This document shows, piece by piece, positions 37,794 to 39,374 of a stretch of 39,374 bases of DNA. The stretch's first letter is position 1. Every line of letters starts with the position of its first letter. The stretch covers positions 1 to 39,374 of the forward strand of contig JAQTOM010000002.1 of NCBI GenBank assembly GCA_028713345.1, written 5' to 3'. The notes under the pieces are model-generated. The model was not told the DNA's origin. It made no database searches and worked only from the letters and a program-made list of their open reading frames with translations. A program made the translations under genes and the position numbers. The DNA comes from Gallionellaceae bacterium (GTDB taxonomy: Bacteria > Pseudomonadota > Gammaproteobacteria > Burkholderiales > Gallionellaceae).

Positions 37794-38426
37794 ATGACCC
37801 GAACCAAGATTTGCGGCATCACGCGCGTGCAAGACGTGCTGGCCGCCGCCGCAAATGGTGCGGATGCGCTCGGGCTGGTGTTTTATGACAAAAGCCCGCG
37901 CCATGTGACGCTGCAACTGGCTGCGCAACTGGCTGCGGCGATCCCGCCGTTCGTGACGCTGGTGGGATTGTTCGTGAACCCTTCCGCTGATGAGGTGCGC
38001 GAGGTATTGCGCCAAGTGCCGCTGGATGTGTTGCAGTTCCACGGCGAGGAAGAGCCGGAGTTCTGCGCCCAGTTCGGACGGCCTTATCTGAAGGCGATAC
38101 GGGTCAAGGCAGGAGTAGATTTGGTACAATGCGCGGCGCGTTATCAGGGCGCACAGGGTTTGCTGCTGGATGCGTTCATCGCCGGCACGCATGGCGGTAC
38201 TGGGGCATCGTTCGACTGGGCACTGATCCCGCATGCTTTGCCGCTGCCGATGATCCTGTCCGGCGGACTGCATGCGGGCAATGTGGCGCAGGCGATCAAA
38301 CAGGTGCGGCCCTACGCGGTAGACGTTTCCAGCGGTGTGGAAGCGGCCAAGGGGATCAAGGATGCGGCGAAGATCGCGGCATTCATCAAAGAGGTTAAGG
38401 ACATTGACTTACAACTATCCAGATAA
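37794..38426 (+). CDS. trpF: N-(5'-phosphoribosyl)anthranilate isomerase
   Basis: [50 protein letters not shown]...[14 protein letters not shown]. The track ORF is over-extended to 37689. Confidence 0.93.
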   Translation: MTRTKICGITRVQDVLAAAANGADALGLVFYDKSPRHVTLQLAAQLAAAIPPFVTLVGLFVNPSADEVREVLRQVPLDVLQFHGEEEPEFCAQFGRPYLKAIRVKAGVDLVQCAARYQGAQGLLLDAFIAGTHGGTGASFDWALIPHALPLPMILSGGLHAGNVAQAIKQVRPYAVDVSSGVEAAKGIKDAAKIAAFIKEVKDIDLQLSR

Positions 38427-39374
38427 CACCGGCCACTTCGGCCCTTACGGCGGCATCTACGTCGCCGAGACCCTGATGGGCGCGCTGGAAGAGTTGCGCG
38501 CGGCCTACGAGCACTATCGAAACGACCCAGAATTCATCGCCGAATTTGCCTACGAGCTGAAGCATTTCGTCGGCCGCCCCAGCCCGATTTACCATGCGAA
38601 ACGCTGGTCGGAGCATCTCGGCGGGGCGCAGATTTATTTGAAGCGCGAAGACCTGAATCATACCGGCGCGCACAAGGTGAATAACACCGTTGGGCAGGCG
38701 TTGCTGGCCAAGCGCATGGGCAAGCCGCGCGTGATCGCGGAGACCGGCGCCGGACAGCACGGCGTGGCGACCGCCACGGTGGCCGCGCGCTACGGCATGG
38801 AATGCGTGGTGTATATGGGCGCGGAAGACGTGCAGCGCCAGTCGCCCAACGTGTTCCGCATGAAACTCTTGGGCGCGACGGTGGTGCCGGTGGAGAGCGG
38901 CTCGAAGACACTCAAGGATGCGCTGAACGAGGCGATGCGCGACTGGGTGACCAACATCGAGAACACTTTTTACATCATCGGCACGGTGGCGGGGCCGCAT
39001 CCGTATCCGATGATGGTGCGCGACTTCAATTCCATCGTGAGCAAGGAAGCCGTGGTGCAGATGCCGGAGCTGGCCGGGCGCCAGCCGGATGCGGTGATCG
39101 CCTGTGTCGGCGGCGGCTCCAACGCGATGGGCGTGTTCTACCATTACCTGGATATTCCCGGCGTGCGCCTGATCGGCGTGGAAGCGGGCGGGCACGGCAT
39201 TGCCAGCGGAGCGCATGCCGCGCCGCTGACTGCGAACAGTGCGGTCGGGGTGCTGCACGGCAACAAAACCTATCTGGTACAGGATGCCAACGGGCAGATC
39301 ATCGAGACGCATTCGATTTCCGCCGGCCTGGATTATCCCGGCGTCGGCCCCGAACACGCGTGGCTGAAGGACAG
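38404..39374 (+). CDS. trpB: tryptophan synthase beta chain (3' end runs off the window)
   Basis: Not in the ORF track (edge-truncated). My translation: ...[53 protein letters not shown] (PLP Lys), [22 protein letters not shown]. The start is either TTG 38404 (AGAGG about 10 nt upstream) or ATG 38362. The listed 38395..39357 minus ORF is the antisense artefact. Confidence 0.9.
   Translation, partial: MTYNYPDNTGHFGPYGGIYVAETLMGALEELRAAYEHYRNDPEFIAEFAYELKHFVGRPSPIYHAKRWSEHLGGAQIYLKREDLNHTGAHKVNNTVGQALLAKRMGKPRVIAETGAGQHGVATATVAARYGMECVVYMGAEDVQRQSPNVFRMKLLGATVVPVESGSKTLKDALNEAMRDWVTNIENTFYIIGTVAGPHPYPMMVRDFNSIVSKEAVVQMPELAGRQPDAVIACVGGGSNAMGVFYHYLDIPGVRLIGVEAGGHGIASGAHAAPLTANSAVGVLHGNKTYLVQDANGQIIETHSISAGLDYPGVGPEHAWLKD

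Overview
This is a 39.4-kb origin-proximal chromosomal segment, probably from a betaproteobacterium. That assignment is inferred from synteny only; no database search was possible.

Left part:
- An edge-truncated CHASE-PAS-GGDEF diguanylate cyclase on the minus strand.
- A small low-GC islet holding a Cys-rich ORF and a Crp/Fnr regulator.
- One long minus-strand vitamin-B12 operon headed by a cobalamin riboswitch: btuB, a 6-TM BtuM-like protein, cobO, cbiB, cobD, cobQ, cobU, cobT.

Middle part:
- The canonical origin cluster parB-parA-rsmG-mnmG-mnmE-yidC-yidD-rnpA-rpmH on the minus strand, divergent from dnaA-dnaN-gyrB on the plus strand.
- Two perfect parS sites, a perfect DnaA box over the dnaA promoter, and an extremely AT-rich dnaA-dnaN spacer that is an oriC candidate.
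- Then a ZapB-like protein, zapA, prmC and pabB.

Right part: leuC, an entericidin-like micro-ORF, leuD, leuB, asd, fimV, an EcfT/CbiQ-like membrane protein, truA, trpF, and trpB (truncated at the window edge).

I found no transposase, integrase, CRISPR array, tRNA/rRNA gene or recognisable defence or toxin system, so I cannot support a claim of a novel multi-gene system.

The unusual signals are structural:
1. Palindromic REP/REPIN-like elements are inserted in frame inside the conserved enzymes cbiB and cobQ. cobQ carries two inverted copies of the same element.
2. Base composition is strongly mosaic. Sampled lines run from about 30% GC in dnaN to about 77% GC in cobT. One GC boundary lies inside the B12 operon at a palindromic repeat.
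3. A G9 homopolymer sits at the 5' end of the cyclase gene.
4. A perfect 14-bp hairpin sequesters the cobO start codon.

Many long ORFs in the track, antisense to the high-GC genes, are artefacts.
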